Positions 36,311 to 45,334 of a stretch of DNA of 64,000 bases are shown piece by piece (the first letter of the stretch is position 1; every line of letters begins with the position of its first letter). Under the pieces are notes generated by a model. The model was not told the DNA's origin and searched no databases. It worked only from the letters and a program-made list of their open reading frames with translations. The stretch comes from a virus. The translations under genes and the position numbers were made by a program. The DNA lies in the IMG/VR virus record IMGVR_UViG_3300033153_007973, positions 1 to 64,000 of that record, one strand, 5' to 3'.

Positions 36311-36603
36311 CCCTTCCCCTTCCTCATCTTATCGGCTTCGGCCAGCAACGCTCTGTCTGCCTCGCACTCCTCCTTACTCGCACAATCCCGGCACCAATAA
36401 TCACTCTCCCTACACTCTTCGGCCTTGATCCTCTCCCGCATCCTCCCCACCAGATCCAGCGCGGCTTTCAGCTTGTCCTCTACGTCTTCCGTCGCCTTCC
36501 CCTGATGCAAACTAAGCTTGGTCCATAGGCTCTCCTCGTGGCATTCACCGCATACTGCATTAGCCGTTCCGCAGTTTCCGCACGATTTCAGCTCATCCAT
36601 CAC
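36307..36603 (-). CDS. hypothetical Cys-rich protein (GC-rich island)
   Basis: CGNCG...CGEC...CRDC. Confidence 0.35.
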   Translation of the reverse strand: MMDELKSCGNCGTANAVCGECHEESLWTKLSLHQGKATEDVEDKLKAALDLVGRMRERIKAEECRESDYWCRDCASKEECEADRALLAEADKMRKGKG

Positions 36604-36850
36604 CCTCTCCCTTCGTGTACTGGTCGGCCTCCCGATACCAATCGAACTGGTTGAAGTATTCCTGTAGCCCCTTGTCCTTGGCTACGCACTCCAGCACTCC
36701 GGTCACAAACTTCCTCCCCTTCGCCCGTTCCTCTTTTATCGCCTGCTCATATTCGTTCGCCAGTCTGTGCGCGTCGATGTAGGCCACCGTCTGTTCCGTC
36801 CGTTGCGGAAGAATCTTCCTCATCTCCCTCGCTCGTTCTATCGTTTTCAT
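36593..36850 (-). CDS. hypothetical protein (GC-rich island)
   Basis: 85-aa track ORF. Confidence 0.35.
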   Translation of the reverse strand: MKTIERAREMRKILPQRTEQTVAYIDAHRLANEYEQAIKEERAKGRKFVTGVLECVAKDKGLQEYFNQFDWYREADQYTKGEGDG

Positions 36851-37092
36851 TTCTTGCCTCGCTTCTCTCGTTCGGACATCATGGCATCGGCGTATCTGTA
36901 TGCCGATTTGGAAAACTCCTCACAGGTGCCGCCCAGATTATGGCCTGCCAGTATTCCCGTCAAGGCCGCAGCCGCGAATTGGTCCCTCCGCTGTTGCTCA
37001 ACGTCACTATACAACCTCTTCAACATTCCGTAGTTCGGGTCCAGTTCAGACAGCTCCGCTTCCAACTCTTTGATCCTCTCGTCTTTGGTCAT
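36847..37092 (-). CDS. hypothetical protein (GC-rich island)
   Basis: 81-aa track ORF. Confidence 0.35.
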   Translation of the reverse strand: MTKDERIKELEAELSELDPNYGMLKRLYSDVEQQRRDQFAAAALTGILAGHNLGGTCEEFSKSAYRYADAMMSEREKRGKK

Positions 37093-37392
37093 TTGGTATT
37101 ACCTCCCTTTGGGTCGCGCTTCGCACGTTCCAACGTCCTCACCAGTTTTGCCACAAGGTAACCCGTCATAGGTTCAACGGCTTTCCAAACGTAGTTGACA
37201 GCATGGACAATCTTCCACTTCACCCTTCCCCCTCCTGCTTCTGGGTCGAGGGCTTCACCGGAACCCACGAGCCGTGTATTGCATTCATTGCTCTTATAAC
37301 CCTATTGAGCCGCCTGTTCAGCTTGCTTGTTTTGTGGCTGACCGCAAGGGCAAGCACAAGAAACGCAATTATAATAATTGCCATCAGCATCT

Positions 37393-37755
37393 TCATGTCT
37401 TATCCTCCTGCTCTTTGATGATGGTGTCAATTCTCTTTTTCGCCTCGCACAAACCGTTCCTTGACCCGACATAGTACCTCTTTTTATCCTGGTCTGTCTG
37501 AGACATCGGCTCTCCTCCGTAGATTTCTGCTGTTATATTCTCGTCACTCACCCTATCCCCCAGCTCCTTGCTCAACTCCTTTATGCGGGTTAATAGGTCG
37601 GGTTGGGTCGCCTTCGGCAAAACCTCCACGTGTTCTTTGGGGATGACGAAATCTTCAGCCATACCATACTTGTCTTCTCTGATAACATGATATTCCTTAC
37701 CGCTTTTGACAAACATCGGGTATTCTCGTCTATCCCGTTTATCGAGAATCTTCAT
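37393..37755 (-). CDS. hypothetical protein
   Basis: 120-aa track ORF. Confidence 0.35.
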   Translation of the reverse strand: MKILDKRDRREYPMFVKSGKEYHVIREDKYGMAEDFVIPKEHVEVLPKATQPDLLTRIKELSKELGDRVSDENITAEIYGGEPMSQTDQDKKRYYVGSRNGLCEAKKRIDTIIKEQEDKT

Positions 37756-37776
37756 GATTTTCCTCGCTTCTTCATT

Positions 37777-38118
37777 CTATTTCCCCTTTTCTAGTCGCCT
37801 AATATCCGCATTTGAGATCCCGTACTTTCTTCGTATGATTGCATCAGCAATTAGTCCTGCCATGCGATCTATAGTACTATCCATATACTTTTCCGTCTTT
37901 ACTTCTTGTTTAATTGTAGCAAGTGTTTTGATTCTTGGAAGCAGTCTCTTCTTGTTCCAGACCTGATAGCCAAATTCCCATAGGTCATAATTATTCTTTT
38001 TGATGCAGGATTTACATTCGCCTCTTCTTCCGTCCTTCCAAGACTTGCTTATATAGAATTCACATAATAGCTTTAATTTACCACAGTACATGCATTTCTT
38101 TTTATGCTTTTTCTTCAT
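37777..38118 (-). CDS. hypothetical zinc-finger protein
   Basis: CMYCGK...CKSC. Confidence 0.35.
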   Translation of the reverse strand: MKKKHKKKCMYCGKLKLLCEFYISKSWKDGRRGECKSCIKKNNYDLWEFGYQVWNKKRLLPRIKTLATIKQEVKTEKYMDSTIDRMAGLIADAIIRRKYGISNADIRRLEKGK

Positions 38119-38126
38119 GTGTGATG

Positions 38127-38441
38127 TTACTCTATATACATTCGGTGCATTAGGCCAGAGAACATACCTACTACATATACCATAGTAAGCCAGTGAAGGA
38201 TTCTTTGATATATAGTGAGTCCTTCAATTGGGTCAATTAAGAATACAATTGCGGCGGTTACCCAATGTCCTAGACAATATGGGCAGCTGAATAGATTATA
38301 TATCAAACTGTCATCACCATAAGTATCTGCTAAGAATTGTCTTGGTTCTCTAAAGATTCTGGTTTTAGTGATTGTGATACATACTGTTGTTGCCGCTAAG
38401 GATGCGACAACAAAATTGAGTATACTTGCTAGTGTAAGCAT
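38127..38441 (-). CDS. hypothetical membrane protein
   Basis: Three hydrophobic segments. Confidence 0.4.
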   Translation of the reverse strand: MLTLASILNFVVASLAATTVCITITKTRIFREPRQFLADTYGDDSLIYNLFSCPYCLGHWVTAAIVFLIDPIEGLTIYQRILHWLTMVYVVGMFSGLMHRMYIE

Positions 38442-38459
38442 TAATGTTTCTCCGTTTTG

Positions 38460-39299
38460 TTATGGATTGTTAAAGTGTCTATAATGTTCGTCATTAAGAT
38501 TATCGAATGGTTCTTTATCTACGTAAACTCTGTCTTTCATTCGTGCGAGATCAGGACTACCGATGCCGCCTCTCTGCATATTCATTAGGGATGCACCAAG
38601 GTCAGTTACCTCAGCAAGTACTATCCTTCTAGTAACTGCTGATAATGACGATATATACATGTCTATAAATAAGTGTTGGTCTGGTGCGTACTTAGTATGT
38701 GCATGTATAAGATATCCATCTCCGAATGCTGATCTGGATTCTGGGAAGTCTAATGTACTGGTATGCCAGTTTGGAGCATTTTGTCCAGATAATAGTGGTG
38801 CATTTAATAAATCTAGGTTTCGTCCATCTATAGCATACATGGTACCTTCTGTTTCTACTAGCACTGCGTTTGTATCTGGAGTGATCCATTGAATATGAAG
38901 CTTACCGTTTCTTTCTGGATCGCTGTATCTATTGTTATGTACGAATCTGTAGCCTACATTGGTGATATTAGCTGGACCAATAATATCTCTCTTGTTATAT
39001 ACGATTTTCTTGGCAAGGGTAAGGCATCGTTCGCTTACTTGTGTACTATGTATTGGATGGATGCTTCCATCGGGTTCTATCCTATAGTATTGTTTTGGAC
39101 CAGGAATATCATCACATATTGGCGATGGGCAAAACTCCTTTGGGATTTCCAGTACTACTTCGTAGTCTGTTAAGAATGCATAACCGTCATCATGAACTTC
39201 TATTATGCCCATTTCCCAGTCCTGCAGGAGTTGCCCTCCTGCTGGGCCAGAATGTCTTTCTGTCTGCATACGCTTTAGAAGCTGTTGAGCCAATGTCAT
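38460..39299 (-). CDS. hypothetical protein
   Basis: 279-aa track ORF. Confidence 0.4.
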   Translation of the reverse strand: MTLAQQLLKRMQTERHSGPAGGQLLQDWEMGIIEVHDDGYAFLTDYEVVLEIPKEFCPSPICDDIPGPKQYYRIEPDGSIHPIHSTQVSERCLTLAKKIVYNKRDIIGPANITNVGYRFVHNNRYSDPERNGKLHIQWITPDTNAVLVETEGTMYAIDGRNLDLLNAPLLSGQNAPNWHTSTLDFPESRSAFGDGYLIHAHTKYAPDQHLFIDMYISSLSAVTRRIVLAEVTDLGASLMNMQRGGIGSPDLARMKDRVYVDKEPFDNLNDEHYRHFNNP

Positions 39300-39305
39300 C
39301 GGTTA

Positions 39306-40031
39306 TTATCCAATAGGTCGTCGCTTCAACATTCGTTGAAGCCTAATGACTGGTATTGTTCGGCTGAGAATGGCGTCTTTGATTCCATCTCGTGCTCGTT
39401 TTATTAGAGCATTCATCTTCTTAGCTCCGTCTTTAGATATTGCTACATTAACAACTTCAATAATAGCTTGTTCGTCATCTTCACCATATCTATCATATGT
39501 CCATTTTAGTCCATTATTGGATGCAATAAATCTCTTTTCCTTATCTGGTGAGTTAATTATTGCGCCTTCATTGAGTGCGTTTTCGAATAGAATAGTCATC
39601 ATCTTGGATATGCCATGAGTTGCTGCTACAGCAGAGAGACATGCAGATTTTACTCTTCCTTGGCAGCATCTGCAAAGAGCTAGTGAGAAATTGTCCATGG
39701 CAAATGTGGTGAACTCAATATTTCGTCGGCTTACGCCACGTCTAAGCATTTCTCGCTCGGCGATTTCTATCCAGGCTTTATCTCGTATCTTTCTTTTATC
39801 GAAGCTGCTGGTAATGAACTTTAGATATCCAGTAGGAATCTCTGATATATACTTTCCTTTGTATTTTCCAAACGAGATTTGTGTAGCTGGTCCATTATCG
39901 CTTGGGGGCTTTTCCTCTGGCATGACTGGATCATCTTTTCTTGGCACGTTTCCTCTCCGATCCTGCCCAGGTCTCAAGTGCAGATTTGAGCATTTTGTAT
40001 ATCTCTTGCTCAGACTTGAGGCTGATGTCAT
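39306..40031 (-). CDS. hypothetical protein
   Basis: 241-aa track ORF. Confidence 0.4.
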   Translation of the reverse strand: MTSASSLSKRYTKCSNLHLRPGQDRRGNVPRKDDPVMPEEKPPSDNGPATQISFGKYKGKYISEIPTGYLKFITSSFDKRKIRDKAWIEIAEREMLRRGVSRRNIEFTTFAMDNFSLALCRCCQGRVKSACLSAVAATHGISKMMTILFENALNEGAIINSPDKEKRFIASNNGLKWTYDRYGEDDEQAIIEVVNVAISKDGAKKMNALIKRARDGIKDAILSRTIPVIRLQRMLKRRPIG

Positions 40032-40091
40032 CTACTTTGGTAGTCGACTGTTTCTTAGTTCTTCCTTCTCTCGTAATTAATGTTAGCTTAA

Positions 40092-40296
40092 TCATCTGGG
40101 TTTATCCGTATTCTGAAGGTACGATGTGGCAAATGCTACTCCTAGGGAGACCCAGACAACTTTCATACTAAAGAATGGGATCGGACCACCGATGAATCCC
40201 TTCAGTAAGAACCATGCACCTAAATAGATGAATACGATCGTTAATATGATTTTGGCGATCATAGCAACCAGTGCTGCTTTTGTTGATGCTTCCATT
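40092..40296 (-). CDS. small membrane protein
   Basis: Start trimmed to MEASTKAAL (SD GGAGGAAACA), since the longer track ORF runs into the tandem-repeat region; two TM segments. Confidence 0.4.
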
Positions 40297-40315
40297 GTTT
40301 CCTCCAGTAATAAAG

Positions 40316-40730
40316 ACCACGTCGGCAAGGGACTCCAACAGCATCGGGAGGCAGAGCCCGCGGGAAACGACCATACTTTAATGAGGAAACCACTCCTCAC
40401 CCGATTTCGCCCGGCGTAGTCTAATTATTCAAGTTGTACCAGCAAGGGAACCCAACAGCATCGGGAGCAGGTTCCGCGGAGGCCCGCCAAGGTCTAATAG
40501 GGATGACTCCCTACCCGATTTCGCCTGGTACAACAGCTTACTATTCAAATTGTACTGGCTAGGGAGTCGCAAATCGGCAACGATACTCGCAGTCTCAGAG
40601 GACTATGCTCGATTCCGCCCAGTACAACAGCTTACTAGTTATCTCGGTAAAGAGTCCCAACAGCACTAGGAGCAGGACCCGCGGGCAAGCTTTAACGAGG
40701 ACTGTCAGGAACCCCGCCTAGTTTCGCCCG
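40316..40730. repeat. Degenerate tandem repeat, about 4 units of 90-118 bp
   Basis: Units begin near 40316, 40431, 40549 and 40638. Shared blocks are AAGGGAnnCCAACAGCAnnnGGAGnCAGnnnCCGCGG and CCCGATTTCGCC(C/T)GG; each unit holds a short hairpin (e.g. GGAACC/GGTTCC). Confidence 0.6.
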
Positions 40731-40737
40731 AGTTAAC

Positions 40738-41112
40738 TTATTCTTTGACTTTCTTGATCATATCTTCGAGTGCTTCGTTTGCCAGCTTTGCAATATTACT
40801 GGGTATCTTTTTGACATCCTCATTATTCGCGATCTTCGGTAAAACATAGATCATCGACATTGTTTTGGATGTTGGAATCAGCACTGAGATGGGAGTAAAG
40901 ATGAGACAGATAATTATTCCCCATTTCATGATCGGCCAAGCTTTCTCTGCATCGCAATCGCATTGTCTTCCATCTCTGTCGAAATCACTATTAGCGACAT
41001 ATGCAATGCCGGATATTACAGCTGTAATAGATGATAATGCAGCTATTACGATACAGATTGAAGAGATAGCATCCAACCTCGTAATAATGTAAATTGTCCA
41101 GCCTAAACTCAT
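40738..41112 (-). CDS. hypothetical multi-pass membrane protein
   Basis: Several hydrophobic segments. Confidence 0.45.
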   Translation of the reverse strand: MSLGWTIYIITRLDAISSICIVIAALSSITAVISGIAYVANSDFDRDGRQCDCDAEKAWPIMKWGIIICLIFTPISVLIPTSKTMSMIYVLPKIANNEDVKKIPSNIAKLANEALEDMIKKVKE

Positions 41113-41519
41113 GTTATTCCTCCTATTGGATCGAATAGTTCTTCCTGTGTTATTTTTTGGCTCTTCTCTTTCTTGGCTTTTGACTGATGCTGAACAAGAT
41201 ATCCAACAATTTCTGCATTCTCTGTATGAATAAAGCTTCCTGTTGAGATTTTATTAGACATTGTGATGTTGTACCCGAGGCTGGATCCAAGTTTATCGTT
41301 TGTTTGTATATATAATGAATTGCATCTAAATACCTTCCCGACAAAATCATTATACCATGCTGTTGGCTGCTGTTTCTTAATGACCTTGATTAGCATTGTT
41401 TTCTCTAAGTATATATTGTTAGTCTTGAGTTTAGCTATATTCTTGGATCGTAATACTGTATCAGAGACAATTCTTCGTCTCTCTGCTTTTGTTGCTGCGA
41501 ATAGTTCGCTACTCATCAT
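41109..41519 (-). CDS. hypothetical protein with C-terminal EELFDPIGG tail
   Basis: Ends QEELFDPIGGIT; the GGAGG encoding IGG serves as SD for the next gene. Confidence 0.45.
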   Translation of the reverse strand: MMSSELFAATKAERRRIVSDTVLRSKNIAKLKTNNIYLEKTMLIKVIKKQQPTAWYNDFVGKVFRCNSLYIQTNDKLGSSLGYNITMSNKISTGSFIHTENAEIVGYLVQHQSKAKKEKSQKITQEELFDPIGGIT

Positions 41520-42609
41520 GGCGTAAAAGCCAGTTCGGATTGACCACCTTGAACGAAAGTCGGCCTATATGGTCATCTCTGAGACTCTCATTGACTGATC
41601 TGATGACAATACCTTCTCTGATGTGATCGGGATAAATCTTGCTCATTCCTTTGGATATCTCGACCATTTCCTCTACTGAATTAGGTAGAGTAGTACTGTT
41701 CTCGAGTATGGGTACATGTTCAAATCCATATCTTTGGCAGAACTTAAGCATATCTTCAAAATCCAAGTACTTGGATGTTTGAAGGTCTAGAACGTTATAT
41801 ACAAAGACTTTGTGTTCCTTAAGTCTGTACTTGTTCTTCTGGATGCCAGGTCCGCAAAGCTCACCTTGTATGCAGATATCTTGGTTTACGCTACGTAGTT
41901 TCTCTTCGATACTATCTCTAAGTGCTACTACCCAGAATGTGTTTTGCTTCTTGGGTTTAGGTTTTATGAATAAGCTCTTGAACCATGCAGGAAAGCCTTT
42001 CTTCTCAATATCTGGAAGAATCTGCATATTCCTACTAGCAACACCGAATTCATCATCTCGGATCCAATATGATGCCGAGGAACCATCAAGTTTCTCTGTA
42101 ATATAGAATTGTTTATCGCAGTGTCGTCTAATAATTCCAGGTATTGTCTGAATTCTGTCTTCGTCTGTCTTTGGGATAAATCCTGGGCGTGTTTTCGTCC
42201 GGCGTCCGCTGAGCATAGCTGGCATCTGGGGCTCCCACTTGAGAATGCCCAGTACTTTGGTGACATCATCTCCAATCTGTAGTGCCTTGTCGCCTTCGGA
42301 TTGATCGATGATGCTCATAGGAAATGCAATACCCTGTGAGACTTGTTTACGCAGCTTGATGGTCTTAATTCGATATCCGCGGTCTTTGAGGAACTCGAAT
42401 TCAGGTCGTGGCGGTAGGATGCTATCTATTTCACAATAAACGCACTTGCTGCCGATTTTGAAGTCGTCCTTCTTGTTGATGACGACTTTCCACCCGAGGA
42501 TCGTCGCGACTTCGATTTGGTTCGCGTTCGGGATAGCTTTGATCGCTTTGATTTCTTGGATCGAGGCGAGCTTTCTGCTGATTTCGTTGTTACTGTTGTC
42601 TGTGACCAC
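41509..42609 (-). CDS. ATP-dependent RNA ligase (Rnl, KxDG nucleotidyltransferase superfamily; DraRnl/Rnl5-like N-terminal OB region)
   Basis: Motif I ITEKLDGSSASY; later IQGELCGPG (motif III/IV-like); N-terminal IEVATILGWKVV OB-like segment. Confidence 0.6.
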   Translation of the reverse strand: MVTDNSNNEISRKLASIQEIKAIKAIPNANQIEVATILGWKVVINKKDDFKIGSKCVYCEIDSILPPRPEFEFLKDRGYRIKTIKLRKQVSQGIAFPMSIIDQSEGDKALQIGDDVTKVLGILKWEPQMPAMLSGRRTKTRPGFIPKTDEDRIQTIPGIIRRHCDKQFYITEKLDGSSASYWIRDDEFGVASRNMQILPDIEKKGFPAWFKSLFIKPKPKKQNTFWVVALRDSIEEKLRSVNQDICIQGELCGPGIQKNKYRLKEHKVFVYNVLDLQTSKYLDFEDMLKFCQRYGFEHVPILENSTTLPNSVEEMVEISKGMSKIYPDHIREGIVIRSVNESLRDDHIGRLSFKVVNPNWLLRHDE

Positions 42610-42890
42610 GATGTAAATCCTCCGTTTGTCTGTTGAAGTGATGGTGATAATTGCTGATTTTCTGGTGTTACGAATATACTAGCGTATATATCAGTGCCAA
42701 TACATTTTGACTTACCATGATATTGTGTTTCCATAATTATAGCGTTGTTTTCTTCAACTCTTCCTGTATTTGCACTGTTTGTCTCTATTTGTCGTGTTAG
42801 TGATATGATGAGATTAAGTGCTTCTTGTCGAGTGATATGTATAAGGAATGAGTCAAGTCTTTTCTTCTTCTTGAGCAGTGTTATTTCCAT
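42426..42890 (-). CDS. hypothetical protein (true extent uncertain)
   Basis: Track ORF whose 3-prime 180 nt overlap the Rnl gene in another frame; its C-terminal S/R/K low-complexity part is probably not genuine. Confidence 0.25.
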   Translation of the reverse strand: MEITLLKKKKRLDSFLIHITRQEALNLIISLTRQIETNSANTGRVEENNAIIMETQYHGKSKCIGTDIYASIFVTPENQQLSPSLQQTNGGFTSWSQTTVTTKSAESSPRSKKSKRSKLSRTRTKSKSRRSSGGKSSSTRRTTSKSAASAFIVK

Positions 42891-42892
42891 TC

Positions 42893-43300
42893 TTATCTCC
42901 TATATGGGTCAAATAGGTCATTCATCGTTGCTGTAATTGCAGCGTGTGTTTCTATTACTGTAGGCTCCTTGTGCGCTATTGTCCATACAATGATATCTTC
43001 TATACCTATGGTCCAGTTGCAGTATCGATTAAGCTTTGAGATTACTTCTGTCTTAAATTCCTGGTGTGATATAACTGCGATGTCTCTTGGGCAACAATCC
43101 AGTAATATAGCTAATGCGAGTTGTGCTGGTCCCGATCCATTATATCCCCAACAGAATCCGTCTGGTGAGTGGCGAATCTCTTTTAGTGAGCGGTTTGGAG
43201 TTATCTGCTTTGGTAATTTTCCACTGCGATGTTTATATACAGTATATGTTTCATTGGGTGTTCCTGCATGAAGTATTACTCCTTGGTAATGGTCGCTCAT
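42893..43300 (-). CDS. hypothetical protein with C-terminal TMNDLFDPYRR tail
   Basis: Conserved DGFCWGYNGSGPAQLALAIL block; the tail encodes the downstream SD AGGAGA. Confidence 0.45.
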   Translation of the reverse strand: MSDHYQGVILHAGTPNETYTVYKHRSGKLPKQITPNRSLKEIRHSPDGFCWGYNGSGPAQLALAILLDCCPRDIAVISHQEFKTEVISKLNRYCNWTIGIEDIIVWTIAHKEPTVIETHAAITATMNDLFDPYRR

Positions 43301-43821
43301 TATTTCTTCCTTAGTGGGTCGAATAAGTCATTCATTGTAGGAGGCTTTATCTCCTTTGGTTTACGTTGCCACCATGATCTGGTTCTCTTTACTTTGCCTG
43401 GGAATATTACTTTCTCGATGTGTCTTGTATAGCATAGACTTAGTATTCTACCTTGATCATATGGAAAAGGTATCTTTACAGAAACATGGACATCTGCTCT
43501 TTTCGTAATCATTACTAGTCGACCTATGAGTTCTATTGGTACGTTTCCATGTACAGTCATTTCATCGTTGACTTGGATGTAATCTCCTATTCCATATTTT
43601 GGATATAATCTAACTGGTACGAGGCATTTGCCTTCGTACCATTCTATATCTTTATCCATTGATATGGATTTGCTTCTTTCTCGCCAAGTTTTAATCTTAA
43701 GCTTAAGTCTCCAGAACCATCCAGGTTTCTGGCCATTAGAACGAGTGGCAGTGATCATGGTGAATAGTATATGTCCGCAAACAGCACCACCTGCAATGAG
43801 CAAGACAGTATCAGCGCTCAT
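43300..43821 (-). CDS. membrane-anchored hypothetical protein with C-terminal PTMNDLFDPLRKK tail
   Basis: N-terminal TM LLIAGGAVCGHILFTMI; ATGA start/stop overlap with neighbours. Confidence 0.45.
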   Translation of the reverse strand: MSADTVLLIAGGAVCGHILFTMITATRSNGQKPGWFWRLKLKIKTWRERSKSISMDKDIEWYEGKCLVPVRLYPKYGIGDYIQVNDEMTVHGNVPIELIGRLVMITKRADVHVSVKIPFPYDQGRILSLCYTRHIEKVIFPGKVKRTRSWWQRKPKEIKPPTMNDLFDPLRKK

Positions 43822-44257
43822 GCTTTCCTCCTATCGGATCGAATAGGTCATCACTTGTTGGCATATTTCTCTTTCTTGCGGTGTTCTTCTTTGCTGATTT
43901 AGATCGTTTCTTTCTTGTTAGAGCTACTCGAGCTTTTCCTATTTGTATATCGATTTGATGGAATACCTCCGTCATTGGAGTATTTGGAAAACCAGTAAGT
44001 TCGAATTCATATAACGTACGACCACTAAATGCTCGGGTATGAAATCTGATCTTTATTCCCCATAAATATTCAAGTCTGTCTTGATTATAATAAGATGTTC
44101 TCATATTATATGAGACATATAGTTTGTAGTCTTCACATATTTCACGCCAAAATCGCACATACTTCTTTACGGAAGTGATTCTATCTACTGTGGGTGGCTT
44201 AGGTATAATAATATGTATAGCTTCGAGCACTTTACCATTAATCGGTGGAATGGGCAT
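43811..44257 (-). CDS. hypothetical protein with C-terminal TSDDLFDPIGGKHER tail
   Basis: The tail codons GGAGGAAAG act as SD for the next gene. Confidence 0.45.
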   Translation of the reverse strand: MPIPPINGKVLEAIHIIIPKPPTVDRITSVKKYVRFWREICEDYKLYVSYNMRTSYYNQDRLEYLWGIKIRFHTRAFSGRTLYEFELTGFPNTPMTEVFHQIDIQIGKARVALTRKKRSKSAKKNTARKRNMPTSDDLFDPIGGKHER

Positions 44258-44258
44258 C

Positions 44259-44564
44259 TTATCTCCTTATCTTATCTATACCGCTGATCATTCTCATAAC
44301 TACTATGCCTTGGAGCACGAATGAACCGATCTTCATAACTACTGATTCCACGGGGAATCCCATTCGTTTCACCAATACTATTGGTAGAGATAGATGAATA
44401 ACTCCTATTATTAAATGTAATAGTGCTACCATAATATCTAGATCACCTCCCTTGTCAAGCATATTTCTCTGAAATATGTCGACCAAGCTAAGCATTATTG
44501 TGAGGATATGTAGGCAGGGCGCTTTTGAACTTTTGTTGTGCGTTTGCGACTGGCTCCGCCACAA
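44259..44564 (-). CDS. small membrane protein
   Basis: Hydrophobic LHLIIGVIHLSLPIVLV. Confidence 0.35.
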   Translation of the reverse strand: MWRSQSQTHNKSSKAPCLHILTIMLSLVDIFQRNMLDKGGDLDIMVALLHLIIGVIHLSLPIVLVKRMGFPVESVVMKIGSFVLQGIVVMRMISGIDKIRR

Positions 44565-45334
44565 AGCCTTACACGCTAAGCTGTCGATAACTGACAGCCG
44601 GAGTTGAGAAACCAGAGGCGCGGTTCATGCCGAGTTTCGCAATTCCGGTGATCTGGGCTGCTGTTGTCGAAAACTGATAATATTCGACCCAACTAGCATT
44701 ACGCACGTAAGCTGTCGCTGACTGACGGGGCGGGACAATCACCTGTAATTTGAGGGTGTTGGAGGGGGATCCCTGGATCCGCATTTAAACAGAATTACAG
44801 GTGATTGTCGCTGTGTTACTGCTATTTGACATAGGCTGTAAATAGCATCGGCAAACAAGAGTATGCACGTTATTATCTATAACTGATGGTATTTGTTGTC
44901 GGTTGATGGGTCGTAAAACTGGAAGGAATTCTACCATTACGGCTATTAGGAGTTGTGAGCACGACTTTCATCTTTGCGCAAAAACAAAAGCTGTTGACTT
45001 TGTGCCTTTCAAATCAACAGCGGTTGTCTTTGCGTTGGCAAAGATGAAAGGTGGCGCGGAACAAATCCGGAGCTGTAAGTAGTATAGTAGTGCAAATCGG
45101 TATATGTGTGTCATCTAACTGCTGATGGATAAAAGAAGGGGGCGAGCAATAATGCTCACCCCCTTTGTGTTGATTGACCTGGATGGAGTTACAGACTGCT
45201 CCATCGCTCTGACTAGTGATGTGATGACTTTCTAAATCGAGCTTTTGGATCGGGTCGATTGTTAAAGTCGTACCGGTTCGCAGGTCTCCACGGAACGCAG
45301 AGTCCGGGTTCTGTCTGTACACATTATTAGCCAG

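Noticed and set aside
42426-42890. C-terminal Ser/Arg/Lys low-complexity half of the 154-aa ORF
   Set aside because: It overlaps the N-terminal OB-like region of the RNA ligase gene in another frame. The ligase frame has a genuine conserved pattern, so this part of the ORF is likely out-of-frame noise.
41109-44257. Interpreting the shared LFDP tail as a conserved DNA/RNA element (promoter or RBS) rather than a peptide motif
   Set aside because: Copies differ at synonymous third positions while the amino acids stay fixed, so selection is on the peptide. The RBS overlap is real but secondary.
41109-44257. LFDP tail as a bacterial beta-clamp (QL[SD]LF) or SSB-Ct (DDDIPF) binding motif
   Set aside because: The match is only partial: there is no Q, the F is not C-terminal, and a DP follows. 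The idea is kept as a testable hypothesis but not asserted.
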